From Geotalea uraniireducens Rf4 (GTDB taxonomy: Bacteria; Desulfobacterota; Desulfuromonadia; Geobacterales; Geobacteraceae), in assembly GCF_000016745.1 (NCBI RefSeq), contig NC_009483.1, forward strand, positions 30,001-62,000: 32,000 bases of DNA. The letters run 5' to 3'. Shown piece by piece: positions 1 through 7,783 of this stretch. The number at the start of each line of letters is the position of its first letter. Position 1 is the stretch's first letter. The position numbers were made by a program, and so were the translations under genes. A model generated the notes under the pieces. It had not been told where the DNA came from and did no database searches. It worked only from the letters and a program-made list of their open reading frames with translations.

Positions 1-44
1 GTGTAAAAAACTGGAAATATGTCGCGCAAATAAGGGGGGAATGG

Positions 45-263
45 ATGAGGGATTGTGAAATGCTGGAGAAGTGCATATTTTTTAACGACAAAATGGCGAA
101 CATGCCTTCAACCGCAGAGGTGATCAAGCTCAGGTACTGCAAGGACGACAGCGAGGAGTGCGCAAGATTTATGGTCTGCAAAGCCTTGGGCAGGGAAAAG
201 GTTCCCGAGGAGTTATTCCCTAATCAGGTTGACAGGGCAAAAAAGATAATAGCGGGAAAATAG
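45..263 (+). CDS. small Cys-containing hypothetical protein (72 aa)
   Basis: ORF track. GGGGGGA Shine-Dalgarno at 34-40 just before ATG 45. Hairpin terminator follows. No family recognised. Confidence 0.5.
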   Translation: MRDCEMLEKCIFFNDKMANMPSTAEVIKLRYCKDDSEECARFMVCKALGREKVPEELFPNQVDRAKKIIAGK

Positions 264-272
264 ATTCGGACC

Positions 273-307
273 AAAAAAGGCCAGCCTATCGATGGCTGAC
301 CTTTTTC
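273..307. terminator. bidirectional intrinsic terminator between convergent genes
   Basis: Hairpin AGGCCAGCC/GGCTGACCT (278-302, one mismatch) flanked by an A-run (273-278) and a T-run (302-306). Confidence 0.5.
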
Positions 308-333
308 ATTTCGCGTGATGGCAACAGGACGAC

Positions 334-1210
334 TTACGGCAACTCCTTCATCAGCTGCTCCAGATCCTGCCGCTCAAAGTGGTACGCCTCGCGGCAGAAT
401 TCGCAGGTCACGTCTGCTTTGCCTTCTTTTTCCAGCATGTCTGCCAGTTCTTCCCTGCCGAGCGAGATGAGGACCCGTTCGATCTTTTCCCGGTTGCAGG
501 AGCAGCTGAAGGCCAACGCGCGCTTTTCCAGGGTGTCATAGGGGATGTCGGCAAAGAGGAGCGCCAGGAGCTCTTCCGGCGTCGTTCCCTTGCGCAGCAG
601 TTCGCTGAGCTGCGGGAGTTCTTCGATCCGCGCCATCAGGGCGTCGACTGCTGCCTCATCCACCGGCGGCAAAGCCTGGATGAGAAAGCCGCCGGCGGCG
701 GCAACGCTGTTGTCCGTCTCAACGAACACCCCTAGACCCACGGCGGAGGGGATCTGCTCGGACTCGGTGAGATAGAGGGCCAGGTCTTCGGCGATTTCAC
801 TGGAGTAGAGCTGGACTACCCCCTTGTACGGCTCCTTCATCCCCAGGTCCTTGGTCACGGTGAGGAATCCCGCCCGGCCGAGGGCTCCGGCCACATCCAG
901 CTTGCCGTTCCTTTCCGGCAGATGCACTTCAGGCACCCCCACGCAGCCGCGCACTGCCCCGTTGCTGTCCGCCTCTACCATGATCTTCTGCAGGGGGCCG
1001 TTCCCTTCGAACTTGAACCCCACCCGCTGGCCGGTCTTGAGCAGGGCGCCGAACAAGGCACCCCCGGTCAGGCGCGCGGCCCAGGGCGGCTGAGGCCGTG
1101 GGCAATGTTGCGTGGCGGTGGTGGGCCTCGTCGACCAGCTCCGTGGTTACGCAGGCCAGGGCTCGAACAGTGCCGGATTTAGTTATGATGCGCACAAGAT
1201 AATCTGTCAC
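334..1210 (-). pseudogene. hslO: Hsp33 redox-regulated chaperone HslO, split by an apparent 1-nt frameshift near 1072
   Basis: The N-terminus [46 protein letters not shown] is in the frame of ORF 929..1210. The rest ([23 protein letters not shown] ... [12 protein letters not shown] ... [12 protein letters not shown], the Hsp33 Cys cluster) is in the frame of ORF 334..1056. Frames join at GCGCGC|C. Removing one base gives about 291 aa, a normal Hsp33 length. Confidence 0.8.
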
Positions 1211-1740
1211 AGGCAGATCCCGAGACGGCCGACCAGCTCACCTTCCTTGAAGAGCAGCTCCTTGATGGTGAGAAAGTCGCAGACCTTTATCCCCTTGACG
1301 TGGTAGCCGAAGAAGTCGGCGAGTTTAGGCACCTGGGTCAGGTCGCAGGCGATAACACCGTCGCCATAGGCGAGAAACGGGATCTTTTCCACGATCTTGC
1401 GGGTGACCCATTCCACGTCGAGCGGTTTCACCTCGTCCATTTTCAGGTAGATCCTCTTCTCCTTCGGCGTGAAATCAATCCGCTGTACTTCGAAACGGGC
1501 GGAAAAGGGGACGCTGAACGGGAGCAGCTTTTTTTTCACCTTGCCGCTTATCTCACCGTAACCGTCGAGGAATCGCATGGAGAGCTCCTGGATTTCCTCG
1601 TCCAGTGCCCGGCTTACGAACTCCCGGTGGAAATAATCTTCGCTGACCCGCACCTCCCGGCGGGTGACGATCTCCTTCAGCCGCTGGTCCTTGATCAACT
1701 CCAGCAACGCCGGATTTTTCAACAGATCGAAAATGCTCAT
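1207..1740 (-). CDS. hypothetical protein (177 aa), translationally coupled to hslO
   Basis: ORF track. AAGGAGA Shine-Dalgarno upstream of ATG 1740. Its TGA stop overlaps the GTG start of hslO (GTGA, 1207-1210). No family recognised. Confidence 0.6.
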   Translation of the reverse strand: MSIFDLLKNPALLELIKDQRLKEIVTRREVRVSEDYFHREFVSRALDEEIQELSMRFLDGYGEISGKVKKKLLPFSVPFSARFEVQRIDFTPKEKRIYLKMDEVKPLDVEWVTRKIVEKIPFLAYGDGVIACDLTQVPKLADFFGYHVKGIKVCDFLTIKELLFKEGELVGRLGICL

Positions 1741-1775
1741 TTATGTCTCCTTGCAATTTACTTTCAAACATCAAT

Positions 1776-1894
1776 CGCCGACTACCGACCGCCGACTGCC
1801 GACCGCCGACCGCCGACCGCCGACCGCCGACCGCCGACCGCCGACCGCCGACCGCCGACCGCCGACCGCCGACCGCCGACCGCCGACCGCCGTC
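1776..1894. repeat. tandem heptanucleotide array, about 17 x CGCCGAC (GTCGGCG on the transcribed minus strand)
   Basis: Counted directly. Units run in one 7-nt register from 1776; variant units TACCGAC, TGCCGAC, CGCCGTC. The last unit overlaps the U32 gene stop codon (1893-1895). Confidence 0.95.
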
Positions 1895-4271
1895 AAACCA
1901 ATCCCATCGTGAAATTGAACTCCGACGTTCCCGGTAATGCCGTGCCCCGGCTGAACGCGCCCAGTACCCTCCCCCACTCGTCCGGCGGTAGCTGGGAGAG
2001 ATCCATGACATATGAGGTGCCCCCCATTTCCTTGAGCCTCCCCTTAAAGGCGGTCAGGGAAAACATCGCGTTGGGGGTGACCACGGTGAGTCCGTCCCTG
2101 GTCGTGATCCGGTAGCCTTCGCCCCGGTCGGAGAGCACCGGCACGTCGCTGCGCACGTCCTTGATCCTGATCTTCGTGGTGATGGCCGGTACCGCGGAAT
2201 AGACCATGATCCGTCTTTTGATCGGCAGGTCTGCCGCCAGGAGCGCCGCTATGTTGTCGGAGTCGTCCTCGATATAAAGGGTGGCGGCGGTTGCTCCCAG
2301 CTCCTGCCAGCAGAGGAGCGCCTGGCTGTTGAGGGAAAAGAGCCGGTAATCGGTGGAGAGTTCTACGTCAAGCCCCTTGAGTAGCCCGAAGTGAGAGAGA
2401 TTGGCTGCCTCGAAGCGCCGGAAACCGTAATGCATGAGAACGGAGACGGCCTCCCTGAAGAAGGGGATCTCCGCCTCGAAGATGATGAACGGCAGATGCC
2501 AGATTACCTGCTGTTCGCGCCCCTTCAGCTTGCGCACGAAGAGCGGGATCTGGTGCATGTTGGCCTTTGACACCGGCAGGATGATGCTGTCGATGCTCTC
2601 CTGATGGAGCAGGTGGTAATCGCGGAGATGTTCGAGCCTCACCGCCAGTTCTTCCCGCTGGGGTCCCTTGACGGGGCGGCTGCCGACGAGCGCTGCCAGG
2701 GCCGATTTCCTGTGTTCCCGGCTCCGTTCCTTTATCTCGCCGAGCGCCTTGTCGCCAAGCCAGCGGTAGAATTCGCGGCGGATCTCCTTGAGCTGGGCGG
2801 CAGGAATCAGCACCGCCGGAAAATCGGGCGCATTCAGCGCGCTGAGGATGAAGGCAGTGTCGCCGGTCCGGCCGAACTGGGCGGCAAGCACACTTTCCAT
2901 GTCTGTGGTGCGCGCCGGTTCGAGAAGGCCCAAGTGAAATTCCCGGCATACTTCCTTTCCTGCCACTTGAGCCGTGATGCGCATGGTCTCGCCGATCAGG
3001 GCGAGGCTCAGCTCGCAGGGGAGCTTGTCTCCCTTTACCGTATCCAGCTTTTTTGCGCAGGCGTTCTCGCTCATGGTGAAGGCGGTTTCCGAGGAGACCT
3101 TGAAGACGGCGTCCCCTACCTTGAAGGGGAATGGTGACGAGGTAGTGACCAGGGATTTTTCCTTTGCCCCCTTCACCTGCTGTTTCCCCAGATAGAGTTC
3201 CTTGATGGTAAAGGCCCGGCCGGCCATGTCGCTCTTCGGCTGCACCCGCACCCGGTCCCCCACATGGAGCCGATCCTTGGTTTCAAAGGTGATCCGGTTG
3301 CCGTTCAGGGACTTTATCGTTCCGAGAAAGCGGCCGGTCGCCCCTTTGAGCGACGGGGTGGCGATGTCGGTCGGTGTGTGGGAGGCGAGGAACCCCTTGG
3401 TCGGCACCCGGCCGAAGGAGAGCTTCAGGAGTTCCTTGGCCTCGGCCACTGCCTCGCTGCGCTTGCCTTCCGGGGCATCCAGTACCAACCGGTAGGCCCC
3501 CACCACGCTCGCCACGTACTCGGCGGACTTCATCCGCCCCTCGATCTTCAGCGAGGCAACCTTTGCTTCGATCAGCTGCGGGATCATGTCGATGCTGGAA
3601 AAATCGTTGGTGGAGAAGTAGTACCCTTCCTTGCCCCGGTAGGTGTACTGCCTGCGACAGGGCTGGGCGCAACGCCCCCGGTTGCCGCTGTGGCCGCCGA
3701 GAAACGAGGAGAAATAGCATTGCCCGGAGAAGGAGAAGCAGAGGGCGCCATGGATGAAACACTCGATCTCGGCCCGGGATGCGGCAACGATGGCCTTGAT
3801 CTCGTCGATGTGCAGCTCGCGGGCCAGCACCACCCGCTCGAAGCCGAGCTCCTCCAGTTGTTTGACGCCGAGCGAATTGTGGATGGTCATCTGGGTCGAG
3901 GCGTGGAGCGGGATACCGGGGAAATGTTCACGGATCAGCCGGGCCGTTGCCATGTCCTGGAGGATCACCCCGTCGACCCGCATCCCCTCCAGGGCGGCGA
4001 GCAGGTCCACCAGCTGCGGCAGCTCGTTCTCCTTGATCAGGGTGTTGATGGTGACGTATAGCTTTCTTCCCTGGCAGTGGGCGTAGGCGAGCATCCGCTC
4101 CATCTGGGCGAGGGAGAAGTTCTTCGCCTTAGCCCGGGCGGAAAAATCGTGCAGGCCCGCATAGACGGCATCCGCCCCCTTTTCCATGGCGGCAAAGAAG
4201 GCCTCCAGCGACCCGGCCGGGGAGAGGAGTTCAGGCTTTTTCATGGTTTTGCTGATTATTGTTTTGGACAT
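1893..4271 (-). CDS. peptidase U32 family protein, long form (792 aa) with a C-terminal extension
   Basis: N-terminal KPELLSPAGSLEAFFAAMEKGADAVYAG, ASTQMTIHN, and the Cys-rich segment HGALCFSFSGQCYFSS...GNRGRCAQPCRR are typical U32 (collagenase-like, RlhA/TrhP/UbiU-V superfamily). Confidence 0.85.
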   Translation of the reverse strand: MSKTIISKTMKKPELLSPAGSLEAFFAAMEKGADAVYAGLHDFSARAKAKNFSLAQMERMLAYAHCQGRKLYVTINTLIKENELPQLVDLLAALEGMRVDGVILQDMATARLIREHFPGIPLHASTQMTIHNSLGVKQLEELGFERVVLARELHIDEIKAIVAASRAEIECFIHGALCFSFSGQCYFSSFLGGHSGNRGRCAQPCRRQYTYRGKEGYYFSTNDFSSIDMIPQLIEAKVASLKIEGRMKSAEYVASVVGAYRLVLDAPEGKRSEAVAEAKELLKLSFGRVPTKGFLASHTPTDIATPSLKGATGRFLGTIKSLNGNRITFETKDRLHVGDRVRVQPKSDMAGRAFTIKELYLGKQQVKGAKEKSLVTTSSPFPFKVGDAVFKVSSETAFTMSENACAKKLDTVKGDKLPCELSLALIGETMRITAQVAGKEVCREFHLGLLEPARTTDMESVLAAQFGRTGDTAFILSALNAPDFPAVLIPAAQLKEIRREFYRWLGDKALGEIKERSREHRKSALAALVGSRPVKGPQREELAVRLEHLRDYHLLHQESIDSIILPVSKANMHQIPLFVRKLKGREQQVIWHLPFIIFEAEIPFFREAVSVLMHYGFRRFEAANLSHFGLLKGLDVELSTDYRLFSLNSQALLCWQELGATAATLYIEDDSDNIAALLAADLPIKRRIMVYSAVPAITTKIRIKDVRSDVPVLSDRGEGYRITTRDGLTVVTPNAMFSLTAFKGRLKEMGGTSYVMDLSQLPPDEWGRVLGAFSRGTALPGTSEFNFTMGLV

Positions 4272-4288
4272 CCGTTTAGACTACCTGA

Positions 4289-4756
4289 AGGGGGAAAAAG
4301 GGTCAAGCTGGATTGTGTCGACAACAGTTTGGACAGAAAGAGAGCCGAGGGATACGCTTCAAGGCAAACGATTTCGACTGCCCTGATGATCTTCCGCGGA
4401 TCGATGGGGATGAGGCGCGGTTGCACCAGGTCCCGACCAACATCATTTCCAATGCCCTGAAATATTCGCCGAAAGAGGCCCTTGTTTCCATCGGGGCGCG
4501 GCGGGAAGCGGACAACGTCACCATCTGGATCAAGGACGAAGGGATGGGGATTCCTGCGGAATTGCATGAGAAGATATTCGAAAAATTTTATCGGGTGGAT
4601 AACACCGACCTGCGGATGATCGGCGGCACCGGTCTGGGGCTGGCGTTGGTGCGGGAAATAGTCAATGCCCACGGCGGGCGGGTCTGGGTTGAAAGCGCCG
4701 TAGGGAAGGGAAGTACATTTTTTGTGGCCCTGCCGATTGTCAAAAATGTAAGATAA
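4289..4756 (+). pseudogene. histidine kinase remnant: HATPase_c catalytic domain only, no H-box, probable internal frameshift
   Basis: N, G1 and G2 boxes are present (NIISNALKYSP, IKDEGMGIP, GGTGLGLALV). No DHp/HisKA region exists upstream because the divergent U32 gene starts at 4271. Linker-like sequence KRVKLDCVDNSLDRKRAEG lies in another frame just upstream and would join IRFKAND with a 1-nt shift near 4345. Confidence 0.55.
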
Positions 4757-4798
4757 AACATGCTGACGGTTTTCTTTGTTGATTGTCGTCGCTTACTC

Positions 4799-5287
4799 TC
4801 AGTGATTGCTTTCTTTCGACTTCCTTACCCGATGATGCCCCTTTTTCTTGGCGGCACCGGCAAGGGAGAGAATGTCGGACTGGGAAATGCGCCAGACGCC
4901 GTCTTCCTTTTGCAGCTTGAATGATCTGGTCGTATAGTCCGTGCCTGTTTGCCCGGCTTCAAAGCCGAGCTTTGCCCGCAGGGTAACGGTGCTGTCATTC
5001 CTTACGCTGACCTTGACTTCCTGCATTTTTTCCCAGCAACAGGCAGGTTTTCTGCTCGCCGAGGAAAGCTTTTTAGCGAATTGTTCCTTGCTGCTCCGTC
5101 CGCTCGCCATGGTCCGGGCGTAAAGCTCTTCGAACCTGCCATCGCGCCAGAGATCAAGGATCTCTTCAAAGCCCCGCTGCGACTCGGTCTGCAACTCCTC
5201 GGAGGACATATAAGGGGTCTTTGCCAGGGCAGGGAAAACGCTTGCCAGTGAAAGCATCAACGTGAGTACCAAGAGAACCTTGCGCAT
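4799..5287 (-). CDS. secreted hypothetical protein (162 aa)
   Basis: I trimmed ORF 4799..5473 to ATG 5287, which has a GGAGGAA Shine-Dalgarno 4 nt upstream. Signal peptide MRKVLLVLTLMLSLASVFPALA. The longer listed ORF merely reads through heptamer repeats. Confidence 0.6.
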   Translation of the reverse strand: MRKVLLVLTLMLSLASVFPALAKTPYMSSEELQTESQRGFEEILDLWRDGRFEELYARTMASGRSSKEQFAKKLSSASRKPACCWEKMQEVKVSVRNDSTVTLRAKLGFEAGQTGTDYTTRSFKLQKEDGVWRISQSDILSLAGAAKKKGHHRVRKSKESNH

Positions 5288-5355
5288 ACATTCCTCCGCT
5301 ACGTGAAATTCTGCCAATAATAGAGGAAAGACGGTTGCAGGGCAAGGGGAAAAAC

Positions 5356-5534
5356 GGTCGGCGGTCGTCAGTCGGTGGTCGGCGGTAAAACCACAAACAA
5401 TCGGCGGCCGGCGGTCGGCAGCCGGCGGTAAAACCCGACAACCAACCGCCAACCGCCACCTGCCACCTGCCACCTGCCACCTGCCACCTGCTGCCTGCCG
5501 ACTGCCGACTGCCGACTGCCGACTGCCGACCGCC
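5356..5534. repeat. composite inverted heptanucleotide arrays; probable long-stem terminator of the DAHP synthase gene
   Basis: GGTCGGC-type units at 5356-5383 and 5406-5426, each followed by GGTAAAACC. From 5448 to 5534 there are 12 in-register units (GCCAACC, 5 x GCCACCT, GCTGCCT, 4 x GCCGACT, GCCGACC), complementary to the first blocks. On the minus strand the array starts 2 nt after the stop (5537-5539) and ends in GTTTTTCCCC. Confidence 0.9.
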
Positions 5535-5536
5535 TT

Positions 5537-6556
5537 TTACAGCTCCCTCTCCGCTGCCTCGGCGAAGAGCCGCAGTTGGGCCATCATCCTTGCGAACTTG
5601 GCGGGCTTCAACGACTGCGGTCCGTCGGAGGAGGCGTGTTCCGGGTCGGGGTGCACCTCGATGATCAGGCCGTCGGCCCCGGCAGCCACGGCGGCGTAAG
5701 CCATGGGGGCAACATAGTGGTAGTTGCCGGTGCCGTGGGAGGGGTCGGCGATAATCGGCAGGTGGGTTTTTTCCTTCAGCACCGGGATCGCAGACAGGTC
5801 GAGGGTGTTGCGGGTGGCGGTCTCGAAGGTGCGGATGCCGCGTTCGCAGAGAATCACCGACTGATTCCCCTCGCTCATGATGTATTCGGCACTCATGAGG
5901 AATTCCTGGATGGTCATGGACATGCCGCGTTTCAGGAGAACAGCTTTTTTCAACTGGCCGACCTTTTTCAGCAGGGCGAAGTTCTGGGCGTTGCGCGCTC
6001 CGATTTGGAGGATGTCCGCATATTCGGCTACCAGTTCGGCGGTTTCCGGGTTGACCACCTCGGTGACGATGGGGAGACCGGTAAGGTCTCGGGCCTTGGC
6101 CAGGAGCTTCAGCCCTTCCTCTTCGAGCCCCTGGAACGAATAAGGGGAAGTGCGCGGTTTGAACGCCCCGCCGCGCAGTACATGGGCTCCCGCTTCCTTC
6201 ACCGCCATTGCGGAGGCGATGATCTGTTCCTCGCTTTCAACCGAACAGGGCCCGGCCATGACGATGAGCTGCTTGCCGCCGATGCTCAGCGTGTCGGTGA
6301 TGGGAATGATGCTCGACTCCTTCTTCACTTCCTTTGAGGCCAGCTTGTAGGGCTGGAGGATTGGCACCACGTTCTCCACCCCGTGCATGGATTCGATGGA
6401 CTGTAGTACCGCTTTCCCCCGTTCGTCGCCGACCGCGCCGATTACGTCCCGTGTGGCGCCGTGAATCACATGGGGCTTGTACCCCAGTTCCTTGATCCGC
6501 TTTAATACCTCGTCCTTGTCCTTTTTTACCGCCCCTGCTTTCATGACAATGATCAT
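5537..6556 (-). CDS. aroF: 3-deoxy-7-phosphoheptulonate (DAHP) synthase, type I-beta, with an N-terminal ferredoxin-like regulatory domain
   Basis: Catalytic core motifs ([37 protein letters not shown]) match the KDO8PS-related DAHPS. An extra domain of about 75 aa resembles the Thermotoga-type enzyme. I chose ATG 6556 (MIIVMKAG), which has an AAGGAGAG Shine-Dalgarno. Confidence 0.9.
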   Translation of the reverse strand: MIIVMKAGAVKKDKDEVLKRIKELGYKPHVIHGATRDVIGAVGDERGKAVLQSIESMHGVENVVPILQPYKLASKEVKKESSIIPITDTLSIGGKQLIVMAGPCSVESEEQIIASAMAVKEAGAHVLRGGAFKPRTSPYSFQGLEEEGLKLLAKARDLTGLPIVTEVVNPETAELVAEYADILQIGARNAQNFALLKKVGQLKKAVLLKRGMSMTIQEFLMSAEYIMSEGNQSVILCERGIRTFETATRNTLDLSAIPVLKEKTHLPIIADPSHGTGNYHYVAPMAYAAVAAGADGLIIEVHPDPEHASSDGPQSLKPAKFARMMAQLRLFAEAAEREL

Positions 6557-6586
6557 CCCTTTCTCTCCTTTTTTTCCGAAACGCAA

Positions 6587-6675
6587 AAGGCCGGAGGATT
6601 GCCCCCCGGCCTTGATAATTTGTTGTGCAAAAAACGAAAAAGCCGGGGGTCGGTATCCTGTCCACCCTCGGCTTT
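6587..6675 (-). promoter_or_regulatory. attenuator: two terminator-like hairpins with an alternative antiterminator pairing
   Basis: Hairpin A: AAAGCCGAGGGT (6675-6664) pairs with ACCCCCGGCTTT (6650-6639), then TTCGTTTTTTG. Hairpin B: AAGGCCGGGGG (6613-6603) pairs with CCTCCGGCCTT (6597-6587), then TTGCGTTT. The 3' arm of A pairs with the 5' arm of B (11 bp including one G-U). Confidence 0.65.
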
Positions 6676-6704
6676 CGGTTTATTAGTTAAGTTACAGCTC
6701 TTGC

Positions 6705-6797
6705 CTAATTCGAACCTCCACCCTGGGCAGACGGCCTAAAATAAAAGCCGCACCAAAAGTAAAAATTAAAAAAGGCGAAATAGCTGGTGTTAATCAT
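6705..6797 (-). CDS. aromatic-rich leader peptide (30 aa) MINTSYFAFFNFYFWCGFYFRPSAQGGGSN
   Basis: Hand translation of the minus strand; too short for the ORF track. Eleven of residues 6-20 are aromatic (7 Phe, 3 Tyr, 1 Trp). It lies 30 nt upstream of hairpin A and 149 nt upstream of the aroF start. No Shine-Dalgarno is visible. Confidence 0.65.
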   Translation of the reverse strand: MINTSYFAFFNFYFWCGFYFRPSAQGGGSN

Positions 6798-6804
6798 GGT
6801 TGTT

Positions 6805-6834
6805 ATATTTGCTGATTTTATCCGAACATGTCAA
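6805..6834 (-). promoter_or_regulatory. candidate sigma70-type promoter for the leader/aroF transcript
   Basis: TTGACA (6834-6829), 18-nt spacer, AAATAT (6810-6805). This places the transcription start at or next to the leader ATG. The -10 match is weak. Confidence 0.3.
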
Positions 6835-7019
6835 GCACTTTCTTGAAGATGACATTTCGGTCACGGGCTTTTGGGTGAAGGAACGTCTGGAAAGGTGGTC
6901 TGATGAGGCTCGTACAGCGTAATTAAAGCAAAACGGATTGACATGGTTTTCTGTTATATGTTAGTAACTTAGAACTCATTTGACCAGGATTGCAATACGC
7001 TGAAAAGGAGGAGAAAAGA

Positions 7020-7580
7020 TTGTTTAGTGATTTATGCAATAGAAGAACCTTTCTCAAAACTTCGCTACTGGGAGCCTTGGTGCTCTGCAGCGGCATGCCT
7101 GCCTTTGCCAAAGTGCCGATCGAAGAACAACTTCCGGAAGGGAAGCTTTCGCTCTACAACACCCATAACAGCGAGAGGCTTACCATAACCTACCGCAACG
7201 CTGCAGGAGATTACGATATCGGGGCTATCAATGCCCTTAACTGGATACTCCGCTGCCACTATACGCAGCAGGTGGCGGACATGGATGTCCGGGTCATCGA
7301 GTACCTCAATCTGGTGGACAAAAGGCTCGGGGGAAATAATGAAATCCACATCATTTCCGGGTACCGGTCGCCGGTGTATAATTCACTGCTCCGGCAGGAA
7401 GGGCGGCACGTTGCCAAGCACAGCCTGCATCTGAAGGGAAAGGCCATCGATATCGCCATTCCCGGGATAGGCCTGGATCGTGTGCGGCATACCGCACTGA
7501 ACCTGCGTTACGGCGGAGTCGGTTATTATCCGAAGACCGGCTTTGTCCACGTGGATTCCGGTAATTTCCGTGCCTGGTAG
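7020..7580 (+). CDS. Tat-exported DUF882 / peptidase M15A (YcbK/MepK-like) protein
   Basis: Twin-arginine signal NRRTFLKTSLLGALVL. Motifs SGYRSPVYN, HLKGKAIDI, GGVGYYPKTGFVHVDSG..RAW. I chose TTG 7020, 6-7 nt after AAGGAGGAG; the track ORF starts at 6990. Confidence 0.8.
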   Translation: MFSDLCNRRTFLKTSLLGALVLCSGMPAFAKVPIEEQLPEGKLSLYNTHNSERLTITYRNAAGDYDIGAINALNWILRCHYTQQVADMDVRVIEYLNLVDKRLGGNNEIHIISGYRSPVYNSLLRQEGRHVAKHSLHLKGKAIDIAIPGIGLDRVRHTALNLRYGGVGYYPKTGFVHVDSGNFRAW

Positions 7581-7783
7581 CCGACGATGCCGCGGCATCT
7601 CCTCCTGTTCCTCGCGCCATGCATTTTACCAACCTTCGCTCTTTCCCATGCTTTTCCATATGGCCGAGCTCTAAGTCAGAGGCGGTTTTTTTTGCTGCGC
7701 CTTTCAGGCTGGAATGGTATATTGCTGGGGACCATGAAAGTTGATGCTCTATCTCATACTGCCAAAAGACAAGGAGAAGTTTC

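Noticed and set aside
1776-1894. Possibility that the tandem arrays are CRISPR arrays.
   Set aside because: The units are 7 nt and directly abutting, with no unique spacers, and no cas genes lie in the window.
4799-5480. Extended ORFs reading through heptamer arrays (for example 224 aa 4799..5473, 104 aa 5166..5480, and the PTADRRP-repeat ORFs at 1553-2011).
   Set aside because: The repetitive peptides (PTADRRP, AVGGRRS, GGRW) are simply heptamer arrays translated in three phases. A proper start with Shine-Dalgarno and signal peptide exists at 5287 for the real gene.
6707-6719. GGAGGTTCGAATT on the minus strand, resembling a tRNA T-arm.
   Set aside because: The 3' side does not complement the T-stem, there is no acceptor or anticodon arm, and the segment is better explained as the end of the leader ORF.
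6900-6930. CUGAUGAG followed by a short stem (GCT cgtac AGC), resembling a hammerhead ribozyme core.
   Set aside because: The obligatory GAAA element after stem II is GTAA here, and no convincing stems I/III or cleavage-site context exist.
6938-6966. TTGACA at 6938-6943 as the promoter of the DUF882 gene.
   Set aside because: No acceptable -10 hexamer lies at 16-18 nt spacing (TTAGTA at 17 nt; TATATG only at 11 nt), so I did not report it as a feature.
7710-7726. TGGAATGGTATATTGCT upstream of the 7784 gene, resembling a sigma54 -24/-12 promoter.
   Set aside because: The GG-to-GC spacing is one nucleotide longer than the strict consensus, and the -24 box is TGGAAT rather than TGGCAC.
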